Source: Aplysia californica
Lineage: Eukaryota
Assembly: GCF_000002075.1 (NCBI RefSeq)
Contig: NW_004797278.1
Location: 2,094,009-2,158,008 of the forward strand
Length of the DNA: 64,000 bases
Direction of reading: 5' to 3'
Below the pieces are notes generated by a model. The model had not been told where the DNA came from. It did not search any database and was given only the letters and a program-made list of their open reading frames with translations. The position numbers and the translations under genes were made by a program. Positions 49,901-62,335 of this stretch are shown one piece after another (the first letter of the stretch is position 1; every line of letters begins with the position of its first letter).

Positions 49901-52900
49901 GAAATACCATTAAGATGTTATGGTAAAGTACACATGAAACAATGATTAAATCTATGAATTCATACCAATGGCAAGTCGAAATAATATATTTATGATACAC
50001 TGATATTAAAATGAGTATTTTCCATTCAAAATCAATTTTATTCCACAAAGTTGTGAGTAAAAAATAGAACCTCACTCCTGATAAACAACGTGAATCAGTA
50101 TGACTAAGAGAAAAGCAAAATAACAGCTGTACACCTGAGAAACAGGTGCCAGATTCATAACTGTTATACAATCATAAACCTACACTACTGCCAGTAAGAT
50201 CTAACTTGTCAAATTCAAGAAAGAATTAACCAGACAAACATTACCCCTCTTTTGACTAAAGGTTCCATACATACATACCACTACTTCAAAATGCTTAATT
50301 AAAGAAAAATGGGTTAAATAGGAAAAGGTTTCTTACGTAACCAACATTCATGCAGTAGAATGCTTAAATGCACAACCTGATGTAAAACATCAACTTACCG
50401 GACTGATCAGAGGCTTTCAAGTGGCAAGCCTCTTGAATGACAACAAGGATTCTGCCAACACTAGGGCGCTTCACTAACAGAATAAAACAATAAACCAAGC
50501 GTTGCAGTGCATGCAGTTCAAACTCAAATGATGCTCAGCAGGAAACTAAGGTACAGCAAAACAAGAGACAACGAAAAGATTAAGAGCCCGAAGTGAGGGA
50601 CGTGCAGGTGGTGAAATCCCCAAGATGCAATGACAAGCACAAGTAACATAAAAACAACAGAACACACGGAACTGAGTACAATAATAAATAATCATCAGTG
50701 CAATAGATAATGAAAGGGTTAAGACTGACACTCACACAGCTTAAAAAAGATTCCCATANNNNNNNNNNNNNNNNNNNNNNNNNNNNNNNNNNNNNNNNNN
50801 NNNNNNNNNNNNNNNNNNNNNNNNNNNNNNNNNNNNNNNNNNNNNNNNNNNNNNNNNNNNNNNNNNNNNNNNNNNNNNNNNNNNNNNNNNNNNNNNNNNN
50901 NNNNNNNNNNNNNNNNAACAAAAATGAGAAAAAATGTGTAACTTAAAACACGACTGAAAAGGTGCGGTGGTAAAAAAAGAAGCATATTGTTTCCTCTTCT
51001 AAAGTCACAATTTTTCAATCACAATGATGGAAATGGAGATTTCCAGCTGGGAAATTATGAATACTATTACTATACAAAAAACACTTGGCCTACAGGAAAA
51101 GAACACCTCCTATATCCCAAGCAGCTTCAAATCAAGCCAACCAACAAAAAAAGTATGTCTTTATTTTTCTTCCCTCAGCCCTCTATTCTGACTCAAAACC
51201 TGTCGTAAGGACATACCCAGGGTTTGCCTTTTTGAGGTCTTTTAACAAATTTACTTTCCAGAAAACATATGATTGGAAAAGAAAAATGCCCATACTGTGG
51301 TCATATTTCTTATCGTTTTTCCATTTATGGAAAGGAGGGGGGGAGAGTGAAATCTAACAATTTAACATAACCAGACTGCGTCGAAGGACTCATGTATCAC
51401 CTGAAACCTTTATGCCTAGTAAGGCAGGAAAATAAAAAACCTCCGGAGCAGAACTGAAGAATGGCAGTGATTGGCATGCAGTACAACACCGGTACACAGA
51501 GGTTCTGGTGCACAAACTATCAACACAAGACTGAGGGTGGGTAGAGGCTGACAAGACTATGCACTCTTCAGAGTCATCTTCTGAACTCAAAGTGAGGTGT
51601 GAATGAGTTGCGTCTCTTCAAAAAACAAGAATTTAAGGACATTTCGCCTTGTTATGAAATTACATGACGGGTCAACATTTGTATTTCTCATTTGAAAGAA
51701 GGACGTTTAAAGTCCAACAAAGCATCTTCAAATAACAGAACAATTATTTTTGGTACTTGTTGCTGAACCCAAAAATCATTGCCTTTAGTATGAGATAACC
51801 AAATTATTGGGTACTCAAAATATTGTAATTCTTTTACCAAAGAAGTATTCACAATGGGTGTAAGTAAAAAGATTTACCAAGTACCACCGGTTTTGTTTGG
51901 AAATGAATCTAGTTCATGAATTTTACTGCACATAAATCAATACATAAGAAACTGATAAACTAATAACTTCCTTTACACAGCCTCACTTTGGCTCAGAGAG
52001 AACTCTGCCATAGACTTCTTCACCCCATGAGAAAGCCTCAAACCTACCGGCATCAAGAGGAGGCCTTAGGCCCACTCCTTCCTCCACCACCACCAGCGCT
52101 CTGCCAACTGGTTTTGCTCGCAAGGCTACAAGTGCCATTTACAACAGAGAAGAGAGTGTCAACATGTTTTACTTTCTTGTCACTTCAGACACTGACAGTT
52201 CCATTCAACACATTAAAGCCAGTACAATGTACACAAGACACCTTAGTATTTATTTGACTCACATTTGAAGGGAGAAGAAGGAAAAAGGTAAGTGCCTTAG
52301 CACTCTGCTGATAAGACTACATAACCTTTTCGGAGAAAGTTTGCATGGGGTCAAGGGTAAATACAAATTTTTTAAACCTTTACATAGAAAAAAATAAAGT
52401 AGATCAGTACTTTATACACAGAGAAAAAGATTGAAGAAAAAAACAGGACAAAAAGGTAGAATGAGGTAGAGGACAGAAAACAATGGAAATGAAAGATGGG
52501 TGAATTTCGGAATACAGGAGATGGTTAGAAAGACAGAAAAAGACAGGAAAAAAGTAATAAAGACTAAGTCACAGTAACTAAACTGATATTAAAATAACAG
52601 CACGATTTGAAATGCTTAAGGACTAGAACACTAAAAAAAAAATGTACCCAAAAATCAAGGTACAATACCAAGTTTCAAAAATAAAACTTGAAAAATGGCT
52701 TTTTAGGTCACCACTTTGAAAAGGACAAAGATCTGTATGCAGATCTGTTAAAACTGTCCAATTGTTAACATTTTTTAAATGTAATAATCATCATCATCAT
52801 GGCATAAGAAAAAAACTTTGAAACGTAATTCAACTGACTGTGCTGAAAGCACATTAAGACATTGTTTAAAAATGAAGCTTTTTTTTTACTGATTATGATG

Positions 52901-55900
52901 AAAGTGGTAAAATACACTAGACCTGTCAAACTCCAAAACAACATAATAAATACATGAATATTCAAGAGTAAACACCTTCAAACTAAGCTTACTGCCCCAA
53001 AATTCTTACTGATTAGTCAGACTAAGTGTAGGCTCTGTCAGAGTAAATAAACTCCAAAATATTCATAACACGAAACATCTCTAGACAATGTCATAAAAAG
53101 CAACTCCAAACACCCCCCTCCTCCCATAAACACAATTCATGTCATATTCTTGTTCAGGTGGATTTCAAACAATGATAGAATACACACTTTTCCTTCTTAC
53201 CTCCTATAGAGCCTTAAGGTAAACTGTTTAATAATTGTACCTATTTTAAAAAAGAAAGAGCTATATAAGCATTATAATATAAAAACAGAATTAATCTCAT
53301 TCGCTTTCACCTACCCGAGTGGGCTCTCTCCAGCTTTCTCTTTGCTTTGTCTTTGTACTGTTTGGAGGCTGCTTCTATTTCTCGGATCCAGGTATCCCTG
53401 TTTCGCATGAAGGTATATTTTAAAATGCTAAATAAACTGACCATTTCATAAAAACTACTTTGTAGGACATATTTTAAAAATATTTTTACATATGCCCTCT
53501 AGTACTGCAAAATCTTACATTCCTCACTCAATATCAACTTGCAGGCTAACGGCATGGTTGAAGAGAAAACAGCTATTATGCAGTTTTACTACTCTCGCAC
53601 ACCTACCATTCCACATGAGGAGTCCACGAGAAAAACGGGAATAGTCACAAACTGAAAATCAAGAGGGTATCAATTTTGAACGCTTGTTGACTCATAACTG
53701 TATTTCTGCTCAGCATTAGGTTGATTATTGTTGTTCGATTTCCAACAAACATATCACATAAACCACCAGTCAAACAAACATCCATGAGTCTACAAGGTTT
53801 GAAAATTGACACCCTCATTATTTCCAGTTTGCGACTATGCCCGTTTTTCCCGTGGACCCCTCATATGTGAAACTTGCCAAAGAGAAGATATCAAAGTACA
53901 CATTATATGATAACCAAAACAACTTCTTCTCAGGGATACTCAGAAGAGCACAAACTTTCTTTCACTCCTGAACTCATAGAGGCTGCAGGATTTTGAAGTC
54001 ATGAAACAGAAAAGTCTCTGACTGTAAATGTTTTAAGCCCCATCGAAACAATTTAGAGCATTATAATATTTCTGAGGCAGGGGTAATCTCTAAAAGATTC
54101 AGAAGACTGAAATTTGATGGAAGTGCTAAATGTTTCAACAGAGAGCAGCAAGTAATGTAACGTAAACCAGACCTCTCTACATGGGACACAGCTTTCAGGT
54201 TGATGATTCTGTCACTTGTGATGTGGAACAAAGTAGGATCTGTGTCATCAACAGGCTTCTTTACCGTTACTTCATTCAGGAAAATGGGCTGAAAAGAAAA
54301 CAATATTTGATTTGGTTGGAGTTCTAGTTTTGGCACCACTTTTACAGTTTCCTAAAGATATCAAACTGAGGTAGAGCATGGTGAATAATAATGATTGTGA
54401 ATAGACTCCAAACAACCCAAGATCCAAAACAACTTGAACCAAAGAAAACAGGAAATGCAGCAAGTAACACACTTAAGTTAAACAGACCCAAGTCACATTT
54501 ATATGTCAATGGTACGAGCTAGAATACACGCACATAGAATTTGATCTTTGTTATCTATGTCTCAATCTATTGTCATTTTCTCAGTTAGGCTATATAAAAT
54601 TATACATATGACAAGTAGTGTCTGAGAATTACAATAACACACAAACAAATGCCATGAAGAAGCAGAATCATATTGAAAATTGCACTAGGATTCCAAATCT
54701 GTAAGGAGACATACTTCTCTTTTCTTTTTCTTCAGAAATAACATTATTAACAAAATAAATAAAAGAGTAAGGAGTATCTATCTGCAAATGACACCCATTT
54801 CCATTATTCTGAACTCATCAATGGCTAGAACGGCGTGTTCCTATGGCAGTTACCAGTTTATTAGAGAGAATATCACGAATGGTATTTTCACTAGTATCCC
54901 TAGACAGCAGTTGTTTATTGACAAAGATATACTTACAACACGATACATTTTAAACTGTGTACTTGTATCAAAGAGGTGAACAGTGCTGAAGGTAGTGCCC
55001 AAAGGACGTGATGTGGTGGCAAGCATGAGGAAATCATTGAACAAAAATCCTATAAGCTCCTTGTTGCTTTTTGCCTGTCAGAAGGGGTGAGGAAAAGACA
55101 CACTTGAAATAATTGACATGTACAACCGAAAATAAAATAGGAACTCTTTGAATCACAAACAAAAACAAATAATGATGGAGTGACAGAGATCACACACTGA
55201 CTCAATTCTCCATTACCTTGGAGATTATTCGACGATAACAAAAGATGAAAAAACTGTGTTCCCTGTAAATGCACAAAGATAAGTCATGTAGAGTTCAAAT
55301 ACATTATCATTTTTTTTTACCGGACCAATCACACACAAATGAATAGAAGGATATACCATTTCAGAAATAACCCCCCCCCCCCATTCTCATATCTACTTCT
55401 TTTCATGAAAGAGAATAAGAGAATAAACATCTATAATATTTCAAAACTAGGAGAAATGTGTTCATCCTGTACAGATAAACTCTTCCAAAGTACATAAATG
55501 TCTGAGTAAACATAACATTATGTGTCCCAAGAGTTTCTCTGTTCTATCTGATGCCACTTACTAATTTCGTCTGAGCAGACCTTACAATAAGCAGCTTCTT
55601 TTCAAGATTACAGTCTTCATATAATGAACCTTCTCCTTAAACTAGTGGGTTTTTTTTTTTTTACAGCAGTCTCCTCCCAAAATGAAATGTGTGACTGCAA
55701 AAAGCTGAATTCTCTTTTAATAAAAGGAACAACATGTTTTACATTTAATTCATGAATTTCGATTTCACCGATTCCATTTTAAGGTTTTGACATTTATGAG
55801 TTTTGACATTTTATTTGACCAACTTTTAAAGAGCTACAACTGACATCAATCTCACCATAGAACATATCAATAGACTGAGCATTTCAAAGTTTCGATTTTT

Positions 55901-58900
55901 AGTCACAAACAAAGACCAGCAACCATGAAGATTCCCAAGGTATGATTTGATTGGACACATATTTTTGGGGTGATAGCAAAATAATCTTGGAATAGTTTTA
56001 GTAAGAGTTTTATAGGCACTTGCAACACATATATGTCATAAAAGTGCAGAAGATTAGAGGTGTTACCACAGAGTAACATAAAAAAGAAAAGATGGAGGAG
56101 AGATAAAGACAATAGATGTTTGATAGAAAAGAAGGGTCAAAATACAACAGAGCACCGTCCAACCACCCACAATCCTGGAAAAACCCTAGTCATACCTTGT
56201 ACAAAATGCCATGAAATATGAGTCTTCGTTGTCCTAAACAATTCGTAGTTGAATTAAAAACAATGTTCTGAAATATAAAAGAAAACAACAAATTATTATG
56301 AAGGAAGAAGTGGAAATAAAATGTAATCACAGTATCTATAGCGATGGTTGATATATATATATATAAATACGTAGGGAAATGTTATTACAACCTTTAACCT
56401 TTGTTTATAAACATCAACATTAGTGCTTGGCTGTGTCAGGCATGCTCATACTCGACCAGTGATGACAATGATTATCTAAATTACTAATTAAACATGAAAT
56501 TTTGATTATAAAAAAGTTTAAAAGGTTACTTAACTACAGTAACAGTCAGAACACAGAGACAAAAGGGAGTCACCATGGTGATGATCATTAGGCCTTCAGG
56601 GGGATAAAAAGCAAGATATAGAATAAGAATGCCAGGAGAACAGATAAGAAATAAGACTACCAAAAGCACTGCTCAACCATCAAAGGACAGGAAAGGAGAA
56701 TGATGAAAAGAAGTAGTTGTGTTTTTTAAGGGGTAAATAACAGCAAGCCAGCTGACAATGACAACATTTCATCAGGAACAGATTAGGACAAAAGTAACAT
56801 GGAAAAGAAGACAAAAGGGCAGATCATATCAAAACATCTACCTACCATAACCACAAAAAAATCAAAAACAAAGTCAGTCTTCATCACAAAACACAACCAA
56901 ACCACACAAAAAAGCCTCCCCTTCCCCCCTAGCCTCTGACCTCTGCCAGACCGTCACAATGGACATGCGACTGGATCCACTCCAGGCTGTCAGAGTTCTG
57001 CTTCTCCTTCACACACTGGTTGGCCTGGTTGCACAGCTCCTGAGCCAGGTTCAAGGCCTCCTCCACATTGTTCCTGTCAGCGTGCTCTGTCGGCGTGTTG
57101 CTCAGAATCTGCACACAGAGAGAGAGAGAGAGATAGAAATGAAACTCAACATTAAATTTCACACTCTGTTTCTCTATTGGCAGTGGGATACAGAACATAA
57201 AGCAAAGTGTAAACAAATCAGATTCTCTGCTTCATGTAAGTTGAAGAAATGTCACAAGAAGAAAACTTTTCTTTCTTTCCACTAATTAGCAACAACCTTA
57301 AGACATGAGACAGAGCCAGCCCCATCAACACTACAGGACAAGTTGAACAAGTCACCAAATGAGGAACTTAGCAGGATGGCCCAGTATGCAACAAATACTG
57401 GTCTTCAAGTGTGACGCAATTGAGAAGAAGACATATTGTTTGTTTTAGTAAGGTTTTACAGCGCTCACAACTGCATAAGGTCATATGAGCGCCAAGGGGT
57501 GGATGTCAACAGGGAAGTCAAAACAGGGAATCAGGCTTACTCTGCTCACCTCTCTAGCCTCAACAGCATAAAGTCTGCTTCGACTATCAAGGCACCCCGG
57601 AAATAGCAGTTCACAAGAGAGTGACAAACATACAAAAGGAAGTGAGGAAAAATGATGATAGTAAGGATGAGGAAAGAAAAAACAGTAGTTCCCCCTATAT
57701 TTTTTTCTGGCACAGTATGAACATGACATTGATAAATAAGCCCATTTACAATTCTACCGTGCATAAGAACATGTTGATATCCCCCCTTAGGAAATGGCCC
57801 AAAGACAACTTCAGGTCATTCCCAAAGAGGGGAAGAAGACATACACCAGAGAGATCCTTGACATATGAATAAAGTAAACGTTCAATTTGTGTAATTAGTA
57901 AAAGAATCACTCACCTTTTCAATAAGAAGAGGGTACCTTGTTATTCTTTGCATAGGTTTTAATAAATAGCCACTAAGATGTACTCCCTTGACTTTCGGGT
58001 TTTGCATGCACAACTGTGGAGAACAAAAAAAAGGCAGATAAAAAGACAACACTAAATAGAACAGTCATACATATTCCCATCACATGCAATGGACACCTTG
58101 AGAACATTAACTTCATTGCCCTAACATATAAGTCAAGATCATCTTACAGAGCAATCTCTTATTATCATCAGAAACCATCGCAAACATTTACATCCACACT
58201 TCTTGTTAAGCTCATATAATATACTTTTAATTACAGTAAACAATCTTAAATCAAGCTTGTTATCAATCTTCATGTGTGATCCAGAAAGCACTCTGCATAT
58301 ATGTAAAGAGATGAGACCTCTAGATTTATTGACAGTATTGTATACTTAGGGTACACCACATTGCTCAAATGAAAAACCTGAGTATTTGTTCGAAGTAAAA
58401 AGCAAACAAAAAACCCCCCCAAAAAACTCAAGCGGCTAAAACAAAGTTGGTGTGACCCTTTGTTACCTTATGAAACTCTTGAAATGCTGTGCTGTTTTCT
58501 GCTGCTCTCTGCAATGCAGCAGCAGCTGATAGCTGGCAGCTACAAAATCTCATGTAGGGATTCATATGAGGGAGCTAGGGACAAAACAATTTGAGAAAAT
58601 ACTTTAAATTATGATGACATTAGTATGAATGGAAGCATATTTGAGAGTGAGATGGGGTAGGAGAGTAGGGGGCTGAGACAACATGAGAAAACAAAATGTA
58701 GGTACATTAGATTTCTTTTTAACATTTCTAAAATGTAGGCCTACTTTCAAACATTCAATAATTAACTCTGCACATAGAGAACAAAATAAAAATTTCAAGA
58801 GCCAAGAGCAAGTGCACTATCCACATAATCTTTATCAAAATATTAAAAGTCCTTGCTGTGAAGGAGAACATAGCTGTAAAGACAGAGTTATCTTTTGAAA

Positions 58901-61900
58901 TTCAGGTGGAAGAAACATTAACTTGTTTATTATATTCCCTAGCAAACAGGTCATATGTGGATGGTACTTTATCCACAGGAATATTATATTACTATTAGAG
59001 ATGATAAAAACATTTGTTCCATATGAAACTCACACTTTCACATAAAATATCCCCAATGATGAAGATGACTCCATTCTTCCCACACATCTTTTTCCTGACT
59101 CGAAGGGCTCTGCAACATAGAGGAAAGACAAATTAGCCTCACATTTTAAAAGTAAAAAAAAAAAAGCCAGTACTATAAAATAACCACACTGTAAGAGTGT
59201 ATATGACCTTTGAGGTAAAATTCTCAAAAAGACACCCAAGAGCAACAAACTGAAAAACAAAACAGTTGTTACTGTTCAGGTAATTAAATGTAGCTTTTAC
59301 TCGATTAAAAAATTCTTATGGTTTCAATTTTGTTTGACATTCATCTAATTGCAACAGATTCCATTATGGCGATTCACACAATAAAAATAAAGAGGACTCC
59401 TTTTCCTTCTTCTTTTTCCTGTGTTCTTCAGCTTGACCTTACAGTAAAAAACAAGAAGCTTTGACTCGTTAACACCTGAAAGTTATGTATGCCAACTATT
59501 TATGCCTCTGAAGGAAAAGCGGCCATTTTTGATAATAAATCAACATTTCTTGCAATTTGAGTGTACAAAGGGCGCTGGGCTTTGGCTGTGAAAAATGGTC
59601 CTAGATACATTGCATTGTTTTAAAAGAGTACCGGTGGTCGAGTCGTTAGTGAATCGTAATTTACAACACAACAGAAAAACAACAAACAACCCATTAATTG
59701 AACTCACTGTAACAGCTTTTTATTACACACAATGAGCTCCTCCCAGTTGACAAATATCTGGTTCACTTGTTCCTTTGGCATGACGTTACCACTAATCAAT
59801 GGCTTCTTAAACACCTGCAGACATAAAAAGACGTTGAGAGATGTTAGGACAACAGTGAAAGTAAAAAGTTCAACTTGAGAACTAAATTTGAAAGACACTG
59901 AAATAAAAAGTAAGGACCATGGGAAAGAAAGAACAAACCACACCAGAGCACCAGCCAGCCAACCACCTACCGGAGAAATACAACAAGTGAACAGAAGCAA
60001 CAAGTGAAATACAAAAACCCTTTAGAGAAAAGAAACTTGACCAACATTTTTTGCCAATACTTTCTATTAAATACCCCCACCCCCCCACCCCCCCACCCCC
60101 AAACCCGCCCCAAAATTTCAGACCATTGCAAAAGGTTTTATGTTGTTGGGCTTTTTTGGTAAGTGTTTTAGAACGCTCGCAACAACATGAGGTCATTTGA
60201 GTGCATGGGACACATCAAACATTTTCAGTTTGGTAGAAAATAATTTTGAATTTCGCCCAGATGGCAGCCAAAGCCTACTCATATTGATTTTGGACCATCA
60301 AGGGATATTTAAAGGGCTCAACCTGAACACGGGACCTTCCAGATTTTTACGCCCTTATCCAAGAAGGCTAGGTGTTAGATCTTACCTACCCTAAGAACAG
60401 GGGTGTGGCTGAAAGACAGCAGTAAGAGGGATTCAAGGAGTAGCAGAAGAAAGGCTATAGAAAGAGTCAGGAGCCAAGAGGGTGCAAAAAGGGGGAGGGG
60501 GGGGGCAGATAGTGGAGACGAAAGCAGGTGTCAGAGTATGGTTAGAGAGTAGGAAAGGAGGTGAAAGGAGAAAATTTTAGAGAAGAAAATTTTTGGTTGC
60601 TGTCAAGTTTTGAACCTGGGACCTATTGAATGAGAGGTGAATACCGTAACCTCTAGACCATGAGAGCCCCCCCAAATCAAGTTTATACGACTCCAGATGA
60701 TTTCTCATATGAAAATGTGACACTTTCTTCTTTCCTTTACTAGTATACCTCTGCTTCCTCCTCATTGAACGGTGTTGTGAAAAAAGAAAAGCTAAATTAT
60801 GTTTAGCTTCAGTAAGAGACTTTTGTTACAAGAGTGTAATTTTTTTTTTTTTCTCCCTTGCCCATTTATATGAGATTGACGCCATCTGATTAGTAGAAAA
60901 AAGTGCATATGATTGTGTCCAATAGTGTATTACATGCATACTTAGTATATCAATTAACTGTAATAGCGGATAGAGATTCCAGGATTATATATGTAAGTCA
61001 TTGATCTGAGAGAGGTGATAATTTTAACATTAATAGTGGTGATGAGTGATGATGAGGGATTTCGTTTAAGTACTGTTAGCGTTAGTCCTATCTTCCTCTG
61101 CTCCAATGAGTCACGAGGGACGTGGGCACCCTCTATCCCGTTCCCTACTGGAACCATCTTTACGGTCACCATGAAGTTCCGAAATGGTGGGCTCAGTCTC
61201 TGCTAAGGTGACATTGTTAGTGTTAGCCTATTCTATCGGGCCAAGACAAGTGGAGAGAGGAGCTAAGTGGGAAGACAGTATAGTGGCAGGTATGTTGGGG
61301 GTATTTGTAAGCGGGTTGTAAATAGCAAGTTGGCAGATTATGATCTTTACAATGGCAGCATTCTACTCCCTGATCCTTTGCCCCTAGTAATCTTTTCGAG
61401 TCCGATTGAGCTTGGAGAGATTCTGGCGCAGGATCCTCGAGCCAAAATCGAGAGGGCACAATTTTACAAGAGTGTAATTAATTAACACAAAAAGAAGGAA
61501 GAGAGAGTTCAGAGACTAGGACTATTGATATTTGATAGGACATCAGAGCACGTAGGTAAAAAAAAAAGAAAAAAAAAAAAAAAAAAAAAGAACAATTTGT
61601 CGCCCACAAGGTACAGGTTCACTCTAGTATTAACCGAAGACTGTGGTCAAAGGGCCAAAGTACAAAAGGCATTTCCTTGTGAGGAATCTGGCAGATTAAA
61701 AGAAAGGAAATGAAGGCAGTAACCAGGGTAAAAAAAAAAAATCAGACAGGGGTTGAATATCTGAACAGAAAATCATTTTGGAAACAAAATTTAAGAGTAA
61801 TGTTAGGGGCAAATCTTTCAATTTCTTTTTTATTCAGCTTTTAAAATTTGTCAACATACTACTCACTCAGCAGCTTCTCATTGTTAAATCAGACAGTGTT

Positions 61901-62335
61901 AATGTTACCTAGTTGTTCTTGGGATGTGGTTTATGGCCTGCATAAAAATAGCTGCATTTTGTCAATCACTAAATAGGACAATAATTACACTGACAACAAG
62001 TAGAAGGAGCAGCACTTAACAGCACCCACCAACCACCAATAATTATGGTTATTGCAGACTTAATTAAAATCTGGGTCCTTGTTACATTGTTACTAATGAA
62101 AAACCAGTCTTGAGAAACAGGAGGTGTGAGAAGAACTTAAAAATCTCTTTGCAGACATTCACCTGCTGCAGATCTGGTAATGACGTAAATTTATAAAGTC
62201 GTATCTTTGACATTACCTCCAGGGCAATCAGCATATCAGAGTTGTAGGACTCCTCGGTGCTGATGAGTTCTTGAATGACACGCTGGCGCTTTCGCTCTAG
62301 TTTAGACAGCTCCTCCTGAACGTTGTCATTCATCC
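46950..62335 (-). CDS. ITSN1: Intersectin long form, DH (RhoGEF)-PH-C2 region, 5'-partial
   Basis: Exons on the minus strand: 62335-62217 ([18 protein letters not shown]), 59814-59708 (IFVNWEELI), 59109-59034 ([13 protein letters not shown]), 58574-58467 ([15 protein letters not shown]), 58013-57915 ([14 protein letters not shown]), 57108-56941 (LEWIQSHV), 56267-56196, 55074-54937 ([16 protein letters not shown]), 54288-54173 (PIFLNEV), 53397-53315, [52125-52048 or 50473-50399], 47538-47365 ([14 protein letters not shown]), 47098-46950 ([15 protein letters not shown]). Phases consistent. Probably co-orthologous to vertebrate ITSN1 and ITSN2. Confidence 0.96.
50399..50473 (-). CDS. ITSN1: Intersectin C2 beta-1 exon, variant B: (V)[24 protein letters not shown](G)
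   Basis: 75 nt, phase 1-1, acceptor TTTTATTCTGTTAG, donor GTAAGT, open frame. Confidence 0.9.
52048..52125 (-). CDS. ITSN1: Intersectin C2 beta-1 exon, variant A: (A)[25 protein letters not shown](G)
   Basis: 78 nt, phase 1-1, acceptor CACTTGTAG, donor GTAGGT, open frame; homologous to variant B. Confidence 0.82.
53617..53862. mobile_element. Palindromic MITE, Sola-like by GAG..CTC ends
   Basis: ~80-bp imperfect TIRs (GAGGAGTCCACGAGAAAAACGGG.. / ..CCCGTTTTTCCCGTGGACCCCTC); 4-bp flanks ACAT / ATAT. Confidence 0.8.
57440..57816 (-). mobile_element. Dispersed retro-repeat, copy 2 of 2
   Basis: Inverted homolog of 31680-32068. Confidence 0.8.
60300..60672 (-). mobile_element. tRNA-derived SINE
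   Basis: Minus-strand head GGGGCTCTCATGGTCTAGAGGTTA..GGTCCCAGGTTCAAAAC (A and B boxes). Body has an ACACGGGACC..TATCCAAGAAG segment (as read on the + strand) reminiscent of conserved invertebrate SINE central domains. Confidence 0.6.
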
